Positions 38,757-48,198 of a stretch of DNA of 58,830 nt are shown here, piece by piece. Position numbers and translations under genes: made by a program. The number at the start of each line of letters is the position of its first letter. The stretch's first letter is position 1. Source of the DNA: a virus (Duplodnaviria > Caudoviricetes); the IMG/VR virus record IMGVR_UViG_3300021344_000002, positions 1-58,830 of that record; one strand, written 5' to 3'. The notes beneath the pieces were generated by a model, which saw only the letters and a program-made list of their open reading frames with translations, did not search any database and had not been told where the DNA came from.

Positions 38757-38981
38757 ATGGTTTTCCTGAGTATCCTTATAGCAGCACTAAGCTTTCCCCC
38801 GCGTGGATTTGGCAGTGCGTTACCAGATTTTGCGTTCTTCGTCATCTTCGCCTTTGCCGCTGATACCAACTTCATGCCAAAAACACCCTACACCTACCGA
38901 TGGTCGTTCTTCGTGCTGTGCGTGATCCTTGCTGTCCTGTTCTTTATCGCGTGGATCGTTGATCTTGGCGCGAGGGTGTAA
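38757..38981 (+). CDS. Small membrane protein
   Basis: SD GGAGG; hydrophobic. Confidence 0.55.
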   Translation: MVFLSILIAALSFPPRGFGSALPDFAFFVIFAFAADTNFMPKTPYTYRWSFFVLCVILAVLFFIAWIVDLGARV

Positions 38982-39012
38982 TCGTAAGTTTCAACCAAGC
39001 GAAGGGAATGCA

Positions 39013-39360
39013 ATGTCATCACCAGAATTGCCACCGGAGATCCCGACACTGCTCTATCGTATGACGGCACTTGAACAGCAAATCAAGCAACTGCAAGAGC
39101 AGCTCAAATCCTATGTTCCTGCTCGTGAGAATGATCTGCAGCTCCTCAATATTCAGACGACGGTGAGTCGTATTGAGCGGGATGTGGTGGATATGAAGTC
39201 GAAGCAAGAGGGGATGGAGCGAGAGACGAGAATCAAGGATGAACAGCAACGAGAGACACAATCAGCGCTCCAGATCAGATTCCTGGTAAGCATTGTTTCT
39301 TTTGTGGTGTTGATCGTCGGCGGGATCATCACGGGCTATATCACCCATTTCTTCCGTTGA
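39013..39360 (+). CDS. Coiled-coil protein with C-terminal TM (holin-region, XhlA-like architecture)
   Basis: Heptad pattern plus terminal TM. Confidence 0.6.
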   Translation: MSSPELPPEIPTLLYRMTALEQQIKQLQEQLKSYVPARENDLQLLNIQTTVSRIERDVVDMKSKQEGMERETRIKDEQQRETQSALQIRFLVSIVSFVVLIVGGIITGYITHFFR

Positions 39361-39372
39361 GAGAGGTCATCT

Positions 39373-40023
39373 ATGAAAGCAAAAGCGTTGCGGGTCGCCA
39401 TGCTGAGCACGCTTGGACTGAGTATTTTCTTGCTCATTGCACTGGCTATGTGCGAGGCCATCCCTGTGACCAATGGGAACAATGATCTGGTGGTATTGAG
39501 CCAGGCGAATTTGCAATTAGCGCGTACTGAATTTATCGTGAAAAATGTGTATGCGCTGGCCTATCGTCCTGCCACCGGGCGCGCACTGGCTGTTGGCGAA
39601 CTACAAATACAACTGCCTGCCTTTCAGAAGGTGCAGGCGGGATTGATGAATGGAGACGACTCTCTTGGTTTGCCATCCAACCCATCTAACGGGGTAAAAA
39701 TCGCGCTCCTCAGCGCTCAATCAGATTATTTGGCACTTGCCACAGCGGTAAAAATCATCCTGTCCCATCCTGATAGCGTACCGGACCTGGCACAAGTCAA
39801 CATTGTTGCAGGGCGTGAACGCCCCTACATCTCAGAAATGTACCCCGTCGTAGTGCTGCTCCAGCAAGAAGCGCAGACACGCATCATTCAATTGCTGGTG
39901 CTCAAAATGACATTGATTGCCCTGGTCGTGATCCTGGTGTTGCTCAAGTATTTGCTGTTCACGAAGCCAGTGATCAAGAAGATGATCGATGAAGAGAGCG
40001 CCGTAAAACCTCATCCTCCCTGA
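39373..40023 (+). CDS. Two-TM protein with a NarX/PilJ-like extracytoplasmic four-helix sensor domain and no output domain
   Basis: TM-..LSQANLQLARTE.I.K...L...F......L.NGD..LGLP..-TM. Confidence 0.5.
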   Translation: MKAKALRVAMLSTLGLSIFLLIALAMCEAIPVTNGNNDLVVLSQANLQLARTEFIVKNVYALAYRPATGRALAVGELQIQLPAFQKVQAGLMNGDDSLGLPSNPSNGVKIALLSAQSDYLALATAVKIILSHPDSVPDLAQVNIVAGRERPYISEMYPVVVLLQQEAQTRIIQLLVLKMTLIALVVILVLLKYLLFTKPVIKKMIDEESAVKPHPP

Positions 40024-40048
40024 TTCTCTCTGTACCCGCGATGGACAC

Positions 40049-40085
40049 AGAAGGCCCTGGTCTATCAATGAGACCAGGGCCTTCT
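40049..40085. terminator. Hairpin terminator between convergent genes
   Basis: 15-bp perfect stem AGAAGGCCCTGGTCT/AGACCAGGGCCTTCT. Confidence 0.7.
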
Positions 40086-40099
40086 TTATGGGATCGCTG

Positions 40100-40327
40100 T
40101 TATTCTTCTTCTTCACGCTTCGCCGCCGCTTCCAACTGCTTGGCAATACTCATCAACGCCTCAGCAAGCGTCAGATCATCTGCAAGCCCTGATTGCACTG
40201 TGAGCCAGCGAATAGCCATTGATCGCTGCTCTTCAGGTAGTAAGACAGTTGCCAGTTCGCCGGAACCAATGGCAACCAATAATTCATTGGGGGTGTAGTT
40301 GTGATATCTCGCCACATCCTCTAGCAT
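40100..40327 (-). CDS. Hypothetical protein
   Basis: SD AAGGAGG before MLEDVAR. Confidence 0.6.
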   Translation of the reverse strand: MLEDVARYHNYTPNELLVAIGSGELATVLLPEEQRSMAIRWLTVQSGLADDLTLAEALMSIAKQLEAAAKREEEE

Positions 40328-40337
40328 AGTATCCTCC

Positions 40338-40583
40338 TTAGTTCTTAACCTGTTTCCAGTACTCCAATAAATGCCCTTCAAGTGCGTTGTCTTCCTGCCA
40401 CCTTGCATTGAGGCGGCGCATCTTCCCATAGGCGCTTTGACGGTTGAGATAGGTTTTGCGTGGTCGCAGTTCTTCCCAGGTGTTGCTGTAATTATCGATC
40501 ATTTCAACGACTTCATAGACGTTCCCATCGGAACCAATATTTTTCACGCGAAAAGGACCAAAGATTTTTTGCGTTGCTGGCAC
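40338..40583 (-). CDS. Hypothetical protein
   Basis: SD AAGGGG; own promoter TTGACA-17-TATCAT at ~40635-40663. Confidence 0.6.
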   Translation of the reverse strand: MPATQKIFGPFRVKNIGSDGNVYEVVEMIDNYSNTWEELRPRKTYLNRQSAYGKMRRLNARWQEDNALEGHLLEYWKQVKN

Positions 40584-40898
40584 TGCCTTACTTCCCCCTT
40601 TGTGTTGACATTATAACGATGTCTTCATAGTGCTATGATACCATGACTTCACTATGATGTCAATGGATTTCTCTGCTCTTCTCAAAACTCACAATACAGG
40701 GCTAAATACATCCTGATTCCACTTCCATAATCATCGATTGTGCTCTATCATAGTGATAGATCATCACAGCAGCACAGGAGACAGCAAAACCAAAGAGGCA
40801 AAAGAGAAAATCAAGATTGACATTGCCAATCTTGATAATGGTTCTCATAAATCAAAGAGATACTCGTACCAGGGGCATCTCGCAGAAAGATAGTAGCT

Positions 40899-41720
40899 AT
40901 GGCTGAATATTCTAATGCAGTGAATTATTTCGTTGACTCATCGCGCGTCTTTATCAATCAAAACACCCACAGCGCCATAGTGTTACATGGTACAGGTGGC
41001 AGTGCAACGCAAACAGCGTTGCAACTCGGCGACTACTTTCGCAGTACTGTATTGATGACCTCTGTCCATTATGGGATAGACCGGACTGGCGTCGTTTGCC
41101 AGTACGTCTCTGAGGCGGACGGAGCTGGTGGTAATTGCTGTCTCGAAGTAGGCCATGATCCATTCTGGGATCAGTTCAACGGCGACAATCTCAATATCCA
41201 TACGTTGAGCATCGAGCACGTCAACGACCTCACCAATAGCCTGGCGCTCACTAATTCACAGAAAGCTGCGTCATTCAAGCTCATTGCCCATCTGAGCCAG
41301 AAGTACACTATCCCCTTTTCGCACATCAAAAGTCATGCATCGCTTATGCCGCAATCAAGAGCGCTCTGTCCAGGCCCGGCGTTTCCCTGGACTGACCTGG
41401 CTAATTTTATACAGAATGGAGGAAACGTTGTGACACCGCCGAACAAATGGCAGATCGCCGATGCTGAGGCAGAGTGGAAATGCACGGCGAATCTCTTTCC
41501 CGGCGACGTAGCACCAGTATACACAACGGGGATCGCGAAAGCATGGACGTTGCGTATCTACCAGGGCCAGCGCATCGGGCCACCGATCACCGGTGAGTAC
41601 AGCAGTACCGACTGGGGCGGCAATGCGCTCAAAGTCCAACAATTCACGAATGCTCGCTGCGAGTGGCGTGTCGATGGCAGCTCCTGCCGCTTCTTCGGAC
41701 CGGACGGCGAGATAGTGTAA
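40899..41720 (+). CDS. N-acetylmuramoyl-L-alanine amidase endolysin (Amidase_2-like)
   Basis: IVLHGT, SVHYGIDR.G...QYV, N..TLSIEH, H...CPG. Confidence 0.85.
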   Translation: MAEYSNAVNYFVDSSRVFINQNTHSAIVLHGTGGSATQTALQLGDYFRSTVLMTSVHYGIDRTGVVCQYVSEADGAGGNCCLEVGHDPFWDQFNGDNLNIHTLSIEHVNDLTNSLALTNSQKAASFKLIAHLSQKYTIPFSHIKSHASLMPQSRALCPGPAFPWTDLANFIQNGGNVVTPPNKWQIADAEAEWKCTANLFPGDVAPVYTTGIAKAWTLRIYQGQRIGPPITGEYSSTDWGGNALKVQQFTNARCEWRVDGSSCRFFGPDGEIV

Positions 41721-41762
41721 CCTCTGCTATTATTCACGAATTATTCACAAAGGATATCGCCT

Positions 41763-42329
41763 ATGTTGACACTGCCGCATTACTCCATTATTGCAGTGCC
41801 TATCCTGGTCGCAATCATCACAGGGCTGTTCTGCGACGATGACATTGCACCGGGGGCAAACTCCGTGATCTCATTGATCATCCTGGTCGGTTTTGCTTAT
41901 TTCTATTCATCATTGATTTACAGAATCGTCGCTACGGGGGATGTGGTGACCAACAGCGTGCTTATCGCGGCAATCAGTGCTGCATTAGTGGGTACATCGC
42001 TATCGCCCTTGTATCACCTGCGATTGTGGCTTATGGAGCACACGACCTCGCCGTTAACTATGTTGCCTGAGATCACGATATCAGTACGCCAACCAGCAGT
42101 ACAATCAGTGCCACCACCGGCAGATCCGCGCAACTCACTACTAGGTGCCCGTGGCCGGCAATGGGTAGCGAAACCTCCTGTGACACCATTGCCACAAGAT
42201 GACGCAGAATCACTTCATCGTGTGGATACTTTGTCTATACCTGCTGTGACATTGCCAGGGTCGCAGCCACAAATCAGGTTGTCATCGGCACCGTCGTATC
42301 CACCATATCCGCAGTCACCGATGCCATGA
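41763..42329 (+). CDS. Holin-like membrane protein with Pro-rich tail
   Basis: 3 TM; follows the amidase. Confidence 0.55.
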   Translation: MLTLPHYSIIAVPILVAIITGLFCDDDIAPGANSVISLIILVGFAYFYSSLIYRIVATGDVVTNSVLIAAISAALVGTSLSPLYHLRLWLMEHTTSPLTMLPEITISVRQPAVQSVPPPADPRNSLLGARGRQWVAKPPVTPLPQDDAESLHRVDTLSIPAVTLPGSQPQIRLSSAPSYPPYPQSPMP

Positions 42330-42352
42330 TCTCGGCCAGAAAGGACACCGCT

Positions 42353-42808
42353 ATGACCGTGCAGCCGCTTCCTTTGGCTATCTCGACGCTTGCCGTAGGG
42401 CTGGCCGCAACCCTACGGGATATCCAGCTTCCACGCTGGCTTAACTACGCCATTATGTTCTTTTTCTTTGCTATTTCTGTCCTGGCGAGCATCCTGACCG
42501 ATGGAGGATTCACAGGCGATCCGGGGCAGGACCTGGCGATCATCATTACTGAATGCGCTGCTGTCTTTGCGCTGCTGGAATCGGCCATGAACTCGATGAG
42601 TAGCATCATTCCCTCGCCACTGGGAGCGCTTGCTGCAAAGCATCAGCGGCGCCTTGCTCATCAACAAGAGACCGAGGCTGCATGGGCCGCAGCGAGGGCG
42701 GCGGTACCACCCAGGGCCAGCGCTGTGTTGCCAACTCCGACAACCGCCGACATGCCAACGAGGGCCATGCCAGCGATACCGCCACAGCCTCCAGTGGACA
42801 AGCAGTGA
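42353..42808 (+). CDS. Holin-like membrane protein, paralog-like to the upstream gene
   Basis: 3 TM, L.D..LP..N, SPL, Pro-rich tail. Confidence 0.55.
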   Translation: MTVQPLPLAISTLAVGLAATLRDIQLPRWLNYAIMFFFFAISVLASILTDGGFTGDPGQDLAIIITECAAVFALLESAMNSMSSIIPSPLGALAAKHQRRLAHQQETEAAWAAARAAVPPRASAVLPTPTTADMPTRAMPAIPPQPPVDKQ

Positions 42809-42980
42809 GCCACTACGATGGTCTCGTACCGTGCTGCTTGTCATGGGGAGCAAGGCTATGTTATGATGGCCTCGTGGAATATATACGAGGGACACCTCGC
42901 CGTGTGATGCTGGGCGTCCAATGTCATGTGGCAGAGTGTCGTACGAGGATAGTCAGCGTTTGAACCATTAGGTCTATCTG

Positions 42981-43031
42981 ATGTACAAAGAGGCCACCGG
43001 AAGTTGTGAATCCGGTGGCCTCTTTGTACAT
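42981..43031. terminator. Bidirectional hairpin terminator ending the late operon
   Basis: 21-bp perfect stem. Confidence 0.75.
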
Positions 43032-43040
43032 GATCATTCA

Positions 43041-43235
43041 TTAAGGAACGATTGTGACCTCCCCGACAGGTACGACGTAAGTAATATCGATCTCCGTCGC
43101 TCCGCCTTCTGCGGGTTCAGTTGCTTTGATGAGGAGGCGGTTATCTTCCGGTGTTGCCTCTTCTTCTACCGTTCCCACTACCGTCTCACCTTCAAAGGTA
43201 AAACTGACATGGCTTCCGCTTCTGATAGTATCCAT
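43041..43235 (-). CDS. Small acidic SH3/KOW-like hypothetical protein
   Basis: SD AAAGGA. Confidence 0.55.
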   Translation of the reverse strand: MDTIRSGSHVSFTFEGETVVGTVEEEATPEDNRLLIKATEPAEGGATEIDITYVVPVGEVTIVP

Positions 43236-43249
43236 TGTTTGTGTCCTTT

Positions 43250-43615
43250 CTAATTGAGGTGGTGTCGGTTAAGTGCTGCGATATCAGCGGGATCGTTATC
43301 AAAGCTAATATCTCGCATTCGCTGGTCGTCCCAGATTGCGCGATGTAGGTCAGTCAAAGGCCCGTAGCAAACGGGAGCGACAAATGCGTAGATTTCCTCT
43401 TCTGGCTTATCTTGCCAATCAATGCCACTCTCGATAATTGCCTTGTTTGCTGCATGCTCTCTGACTGAAGGGCCACCATAGCCACCACTCATACGATACG
43501 CTGCATAGGCAACACTATTGGCGAATGCTGCGTGTTTCTGTCGGCATGCGTTGGGGTAGTGCTCTTTGCCCCAACGCATGGCTGATTCTAAAGTTTCGTG
43601 GAATGTGCTGCTCAT
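43250..43615 (-). CDS. Hypothetical protein
   Basis: Operon packing. Confidence 0.6.
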   Translation of the reverse strand: MSSTFHETLESAMRWGKEHYPNACRQKHAAFANSVAYAAYRMSGGYGGPSVREHAANKAIIESGIDWQDKPEEEIYAFVAPVCYGPLTDLHRAIWDDQRMRDISFDNDPADIAALNRHHLN

Positions 43616-43815
43616 TTGATAATGCCCTGTGAGCGCTGGAACGCTTCACGGGCTTGCTCATGTTGCTCGCGGTCCCATTCCTGTTGCGCATAGAGGTTTT
43701 CCAGTGCAGCGGCAGCACTCTCGTCCTCAGTCTGGCACTGCTCAATGAATGCCTGCTCATTCTCAGGAGTCACTTCAAATGGTTGGTTGTGTGGATTGGG
43801 TTTGCGGTTCGTCAT
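43612..43815 (-). CDS. Hypothetical protein
   Basis: SD AAAGGA before MTNRKP. Confidence 0.5.
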   Translation of the reverse strand: MTNRKPNPHNQPFEVTPENEQAFIEQCQTEDESAAAALENLYAQQEWDREQHEQAREAFQRSQGIIK

Positions 43816-43867
43816 GATTCTCGTTGTTCCTTTCTCGATGATCGCGCCACTCTGGCGGATCGCTATA

Positions 43868-44155
43868 CTAATGATTCTCTTCAGGAGATAATACCCTAAG
43901 TGCTTCTTCATCCTCATGGTAAAACGGCCACGGAACAACCGTTCCCGTCTTTTCCTCAACATGCTTTCTCAGTATGTTGAGCGCATATTCAAGCACATCT
44001 CGCTTATTTGGTTCACCGGGGAAATCCTCTGACTCCAAACATGCATAGAGACCATCAACGAAACCAACCGGCAACCGCATCACCAATGATTCATGCGTAC
44101 CGCGTTTGGCTCGCGTGTTGCCAAACATTTGCTCGGACTTTGACTTCTTTTTCAT
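43868..44155 (-). CDS. Possible ribbon-helix-helix DNA-binding protein
   Basis: LVMRLP...D.L...NKRDVLEYAL. Confidence 0.45.
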   Translation of the reverse strand: MKKKSKSEQMFGNTRAKRGTHESLVMRLPVGFVDGLYACLESEDFPGEPNKRDVLEYALNILRKHVEEKTGTVVPWPFYHEDEEALRVLSPEENH

Positions 44156-44156
44156 C

Positions 44157-44456
44157 CTATCTCCCTTTTGCTGCTCGCAACTGGGCGATCTTCAGCAAGA
44201 GTCCCTCATTTTGCCGCTTTGCCTGCTCAACAAAAATTGTCATCTGCTTTTCGCTGGCGACTCCCTGAGAAGCAGGCTCTTTCCCCATTGTCAGCAGTGC
44301 AATATTGATGGTATCCGTGGCCCACGAACCTTGTAGGCGCTCATACTCTCCCATCAAGAATTTATTTGAGACCAGCCCGCCGCGCTCTTTGATGTTCCAC
44401 AAAATACTGGTAACATTGCTCAAGACGATATCTGAATAAAGATGGATAGTTGACAT
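44157..44456 (-). CDS. Hypothetical protein
   Basis: SD AAAGGAG; promoter upstream. Confidence 0.6.
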   Translation of the reverse strand: MSTIHLYSDIVLSNVTSILWNIKERGGLVSNKFLMGEYERLQGSWATDTINIALLTMGKEPASQGVASEKQMTIFVEQAKRQNEGLLLKIAQLRAAKGR

Positions 44457-44492
44457 CGCTTCTTGCTCCTTTACGTTCTCTCATCTATATGT

Positions 44493-44521
44493 ATAGTAAC
44501 GTAACATAACAACAATGTCAA
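44493..44521 (-). promoter_or_regulatory. sigma70-type promoter TTGACA-17-TACTAT
   Basis: Direct motif match. Confidence 0.7.
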
Positions 44522-44748
44522 CCCCATTTGCCACCAATTTTGTAGCATTTTAGACACAAAAACGCCCTGGACACGAGGGATATCCAGGGCAGTCGATGAG
44601 AGAGCGATGGCTTAGCGAGGGATCGCAATGACTGTCCAGTAGACGATGGTAAGTGCTCGGATCTCCTCAGCGGAAAGCTCAGCGCCCGGTGCTAGACGCT
44701 GTGCAATCTGTGCCACGACCAGGCCATCAACGCCCGGACCGGGGAACG

Positions 44749-45024
44749 TCAGTCCACCTGGAACACTGCAATGCCCACTACGATGCTCTCACGACGTGCA
44801 ATGATGCTGATGAGTTCGCAGTCTTGCACGGCGAGGACATCGCTCTCTTTGTCTCCAGCGATGGTCGTTACCTGTATGCCGGCAAGGAGGCTATCATAGA
44901 TGATGGTGAGCGTTGTAGTAGGTTCGTTGGAACCTTTGATGGATAGGGTAGCGTGGTAGTCATTGTCTGCGTAGTAGAAGATGCTGAGTAGCACCGGGTT
45001 GACGAGACTTGCTGTATTCAACAT
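44749..45024 (-). CDS. Hypothetical protein (possibly frameshifted, continuing to ~44592)
   Basis: Start-associated motif 45027-45041 before MLNTAS. Confidence 0.55.
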   Translation of the reverse strand: MLNTASLVNPVLLSIFYYADNDYHATLSIKGSNEPTTTLTIIYDSLLAGIQVTTIAGDKESDVLAVQDCELISIIARRESIVVGIAVFQVD

Positions 45025-45041
45025 AATGGCTGGTACCCCTT

Positions 45042-45827
45042 CTATGTCCAACAGAATCCGCTGTTGCATTTATCTTGCTCAAACATCGATAATGTTGTAT
45101 CTTTCTTGCGCGGGACAAGCACAACTTGACTGAGAGGTTGGCAACTCTTATGGAGACGGACACCGTGGGACTGGTAAATCTGCTCATCCAGCGCGACAGA
45201 CTCGGCCCATTCCCCCGGTTCTTGCTGTACTTCTAGCCACTCATCGTCCGATTGATGAGGGCACATCTTACAGCGTGATTTGATGGAGGGCGGCATTCCA
45301 TACCGCTCTACGAGTTCGGCGCATTCCGCACGCTTCATTTTTACGTCGTAGCAGAGCGGCCAGTAGTTGACGCACCATTCCTCGCCAGAATGCTTCAATC
45401 GCCCCAGCTCGTCCAGGCTCATTCCGATCCACATCACAACCCCATCTTTATTGGCCTTTGCCCCTCCAATGTAGCGACGGATGACCCGCGTCTTCCATTC
45501 GGTACTGCAAAACGTCGGGAGCTTCGCATGTTCACCCTTGCTATTGACTTTTGTCGCGTCATAGGCAGGGATCAATAGCTCACCTTTATGACTGAGCAGA
45601 TCAACAGTTGAGAGGCTGTGCGGCGCTACCTCGATGGTCAGTGAAACCTCTGCGAGCAGAGGTTTCACGTACTGCTCTGTGTACTCCCAGGTCTTCTTAA
45701 ACTCATAGCCAGTGTCGGCTATCACAATGCGATCTGGTCTGGGTAAGCGCCCCTGTCGGACAAGTATTGCCATCGCTATGGATTGTGTGCCGCCTCCGTA
45801 GCTCCATACAATCGCGTTATTATTCAT
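45042..45827 (-). CDS. PAPS-reductase-like adenine-nucleotide alpha-hydrolase protein
   Basis: WSYGGGTQS, ADTG.E, CSTEWK, IGMS.DE, KSRCKMCP, C.SGFC; motif 45827-45841 at start. Confidence 0.8.
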   Translation of the reverse strand: MNNNAIVWSYGGGTQSIAMAILVRQGRLPRPDRIVIADTGYEFKKTWEYTEQYVKPLLAEVSLTIEVAPHSLSTVDLLSHKGELLIPAYDATKVNSKGEHAKLPTFCSTEWKTRVIRRYIGGAKANKDGVVMWIGMSLDELGRLKHSGEEWCVNYWPLCYDVKMKRAECAELVERYGMPPSIKSRCKMCPHQSDDEWLEVQQEPGEWAESVALDEQIYQSHGVRLHKSCQPLSQVVLVPRKKDTTLSMFEQDKCNSGFCWT

Positions 45828-45906
45828 GGCTGGTACCCCTTCTTGATAGTCATTGATGAACAGCGACCAACCCCGGATCGTGTGGAGCTGGCCGCGTGGG
45901 ACGATG

Positions 45907-46443
45907 TTAAGCACTCTTTACCTGTTGCTCATAGCCGGTGATGAATGTACTGACCTTTGCCAGATCAGCGGCATTCGCAATCTGCTCAGCACCTGCTGCT
46001 TTGAGGAGCGCTACCCATTCGTCGGCGTCATGGGCAAGGCCAACAGCGAGGGCGCGTTTCTTGAGCTTCTTGACCTCGACATCCAGGATTGGATCACGCC
46101 TCTGCTCATCGTGAGCGTGAGTGATATCATCGGCGCTGGCAATGCTCTCAGTCGCACCGTAGCCCGCGAATCCGAGCGCCCGACCAAGTGCACTGGTCTG
46201 AGCACACTCCATCGGGTTGGTGCCATCCGGCGTATTGGCATGGGCATCAAATTTGATCTCAGCATCTCCCGCGTAGCGTTTGCCCTTGACTTCAATGGTG
46301 ATTGAGAAGAACCAGCGACCAGCGACCTCATAGCGCTCCTGGGTGGTCATGGAATAGCCCTCATCGGCATGGCAGAGGCGGATGCGTTCAGCGACATCAA
46401 CGTATTCCTTGCCGCGAATGTTGACGGTGCGTACCTGTGTCAT
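45907..46443 (-). CDS. Rad52/Sak-like single-strand annealing protein
   Basis: IRGKEYVDVAERI, ECAQTSALGRALGFAGYG..SIASAD. Confidence 0.65.
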   Translation of the reverse strand: MTQVRTVNIRGKEYVDVAERIRLCHADEGYSMTTQERYEVAGRWFFSITIEVKGKRYAGDAEIKFDAHANTPDGTNPMECAQTSALGRALGFAGYGATESIASADDITHAHDEQRRDPILDVEVKKLKKRALAVGLAHDADEWVALLKAAGAEQIANAADLAKVSTFITGYEQQVKSA

Positions 46444-46577
46444 AATGTGATCTCCCCTACAAAAGTATAAACGATAGGGCGTCTTGAGAACACGACGCCC
46501 GTTCAACAAACTACAACTCTCGATACACAATCATCACACTGAAGACCATGCCGACGACAACTCATAGTCCTCTGTGA

Positions 46578-46784
46578 TCATTGGTGTGTCCCTCGTTTCG
46601 CTGCTTTCAATCGCCAATACTGAGCCATCATCACTTGCCGGTGGCTCTCACAAATACCATGGCTACCTTCGCCTGCTGCAATGCCCTGCTCAGCAAGACA
46701 CCATGCGCAGAGCAGAGCCTCGACGATGACGCGGCAGGTCACCGATGGAACTGTGACCTGCGGAGTGTGTTTCTCGTAGATCAT
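46578..46784 (-). CDS. Small Zn-finger protein (CAWC..SHGIC..H)
   Basis: Motif; start-associated 15-mer at 46785-46799. Confidence 0.65.
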   Translation of the reverse strand: MIYEKHTPQVTVPSVTCRVIVEALLCAWCLAEQGIAAGEGSHGICESHRQVMMAQYWRLKAAKRGTHQ

Positions 46785-46806
46785 TGGCTGGTACCCCTTC
46801 GCTGAT

Positions 46807-46992
46807 TCAGATCAGCTCTACTTCACTGAGACTCTTCCAAAGTGTTCGACCCGTATCAAACTGTATTTTCAGTTTGGTGGTGATCTTCGTACGCAGTCCA
46901 GTTTGCGAGATCTCCCTGATCTCCAGAATGGTTCCAAAGCCCATGCTGGTAAAGTGACATCGCTGCTGTACTTGTGCTGTTCTTGTTGCCAT
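46807..46992 (-). CDS. Small beta-barrel-like hypothetical protein
   Basis: 15-mer at 46993-47007 before MATRTA. Confidence 0.6.
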   Translation of the reverse strand: MATRTAQVQQRCHFTSMGFGTILEIREISQTGLRTKITTKLKIQFDTGRTLWKSLSEVELI

Positions 46993-47053
46993 TGGCTGGT
47001 ACCCCTTCACCGGGATTGATTCCTGGCTCCCGGCTGGCCCTCGATAACTACAA

Positions 47054-47608
47054 CTACGCGCTACGTTGTCCTAGCAACCACTCACTGCTCACCTTGACCG
47101 TCTTCTTCAGTGCTGCTGCAGGCACGGGCAACGCGAACCGATTGCCGACCAGCGACGAAGCCTTGATCTCCTCTGCTACCCAGTCACGATGCTTAGCCTC
47201 ATCGTCCAGCTCGTCTAACCACGCCTTGCCGTCAACTGCGGGTCCACACTGGATGACCACTTTACCGGCCTTGCTGTTGATCATAGCGATCAATGCATCG
47301 ATGCTCAGCACTGGCGCTGCAACGGCAACCGACGACTCGTTGGCGATGGTAACGCGGATCTCTTCAACTTCCAGGAAGAACGTGATATGACAGCAATTCT
47401 TTTTCCAGCGGCTGTACCCCATGCAAGTGCAAGTGTGGTGCTGTTCCCCGGAGATCCACAGTGTCACGCTGTAATTACTGATGCGCTCCACCTCGCCGTT
47501 GACCGAGACCTCGGAAGTGAAGTCGATCTCGATGCGACTGCCATCGTGCCAGGACCTCCGGGTCTTCACGTACATCTCGCGGGTCTCGTTGTTTTTCTTT
47601 GCTGCCAT
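47054..47608 (-). CDS. SWIM zinc-finger protein
   Basis: Y.VT..CTC..(x)..CCHI. Confidence 0.7.
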   Translation of the reverse strand: MAAKKNNETREMYVKTRRSWHDGSRIEIDFTSEVSVNGEVERISNYSVTLWISGEQHHTCTCMGYSRWKKNCCHITFFLEVEEIRVTIANESSVAVAAPVLSIDALIAMINSKAGKVVIQCGPAVDGKAWLDELDDEAKHRDWVAEEIKASSLVGNRFALPVPAAALKKTVKVSSEWLLGQRSA

Positions 47609-47658
47609 TGCCGTCGTCTCCTGTGCTGTTGTTGTTACTCTCCGTAACTTCTATATGT

Positions 47659-47687
47659 ATTATAGTTGTTACGCTGAGTAATGTCAA
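47659..47687 (-). promoter_or_regulatory. Consensus promoter TTGACA-17-TATAAT with operator CAGCGTAACAACT in the spacer
   Basis: Exact consensus hexamers; the same 13-mer recurs in the divergent promoter array. Confidence 0.85.
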
Positions 47688-47768
47688 GGGGTTTATGGAG
47701 GAATTTAGCGTGTTCATCGATATTAATATAATCTTTATAGAGCTTCGTTTTGACCCATTAATTCTGAT

Positions 47769-47880
47769 CGACAGCGTAACAACTTGCAATTCCAGAATTG
47801 CCATGCTAAGATGAAGCGACAGCGTAACAACTTGCAATTCCAGAATTGCCATGCTAAGATGAAGCGACAGCGTAACAACT
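47769..47880 (+). repeat. 48-bp tandem repeat (2.33 copies): duplicated promoter TTGCAA-17-TAAGAT flanked by three CGACAGCGTAACAACT operators
   Basis: 16-mers at 47769, 47817 and 47865. Confidence 0.9.
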
Positions 47881-47895
47881 AGAAAGGAACAATGT

Positions 47896-48198
47896 ATGGG
47901 ACACGAGGAAAAGCCTGAAAGCCCTGACGATCTTCTGACGGCGGGGGAAGCGGCAAAATACCTTGCAAAGCGATGGGGGCGCAAGGATTATACTACGGTT
48001 GCATTTAGACAATTGCGTCATAGGTGGAACCTAAAACCAGCAATGCTGTTCCAGGAGAACTTGTCACTTTGGCGACGCGGTGACCTGGACGGCATTCCTG
48101 AACCTAGTCGCAGTAATCCGCGGCCAAGTCGAAGAAAAAAGGTAGAAAAGCCTCAAAAAGATGTTGACAACGAAGAATGCCCTATGGTATTCTGTTAG
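47896..48198 (+). CDS. HTH (MerR/excisionase-like) regulator
   Basis: LLTAGEAAKYLA..LWRRGDLD; SD AAAGGA. Confidence 0.7.
   Translation: MGHEEKPESPDDLLTAGEAAKYLAKRWGRKDYTTVAFRQLRHRWNLKPAMLFQENLSLWRRGDLDGIPEPSRSNPRPSRRKKVEKPQKDVDNEECPMVFC

Noticed and set aside
47769-47880. Mini-CRISPR array (16-bp repeat, 32-bp spacers)
   Set aside because: Both spacers are identical and contain a -35/-10 promoter; it is a tandem duplication, and no cas genes are present
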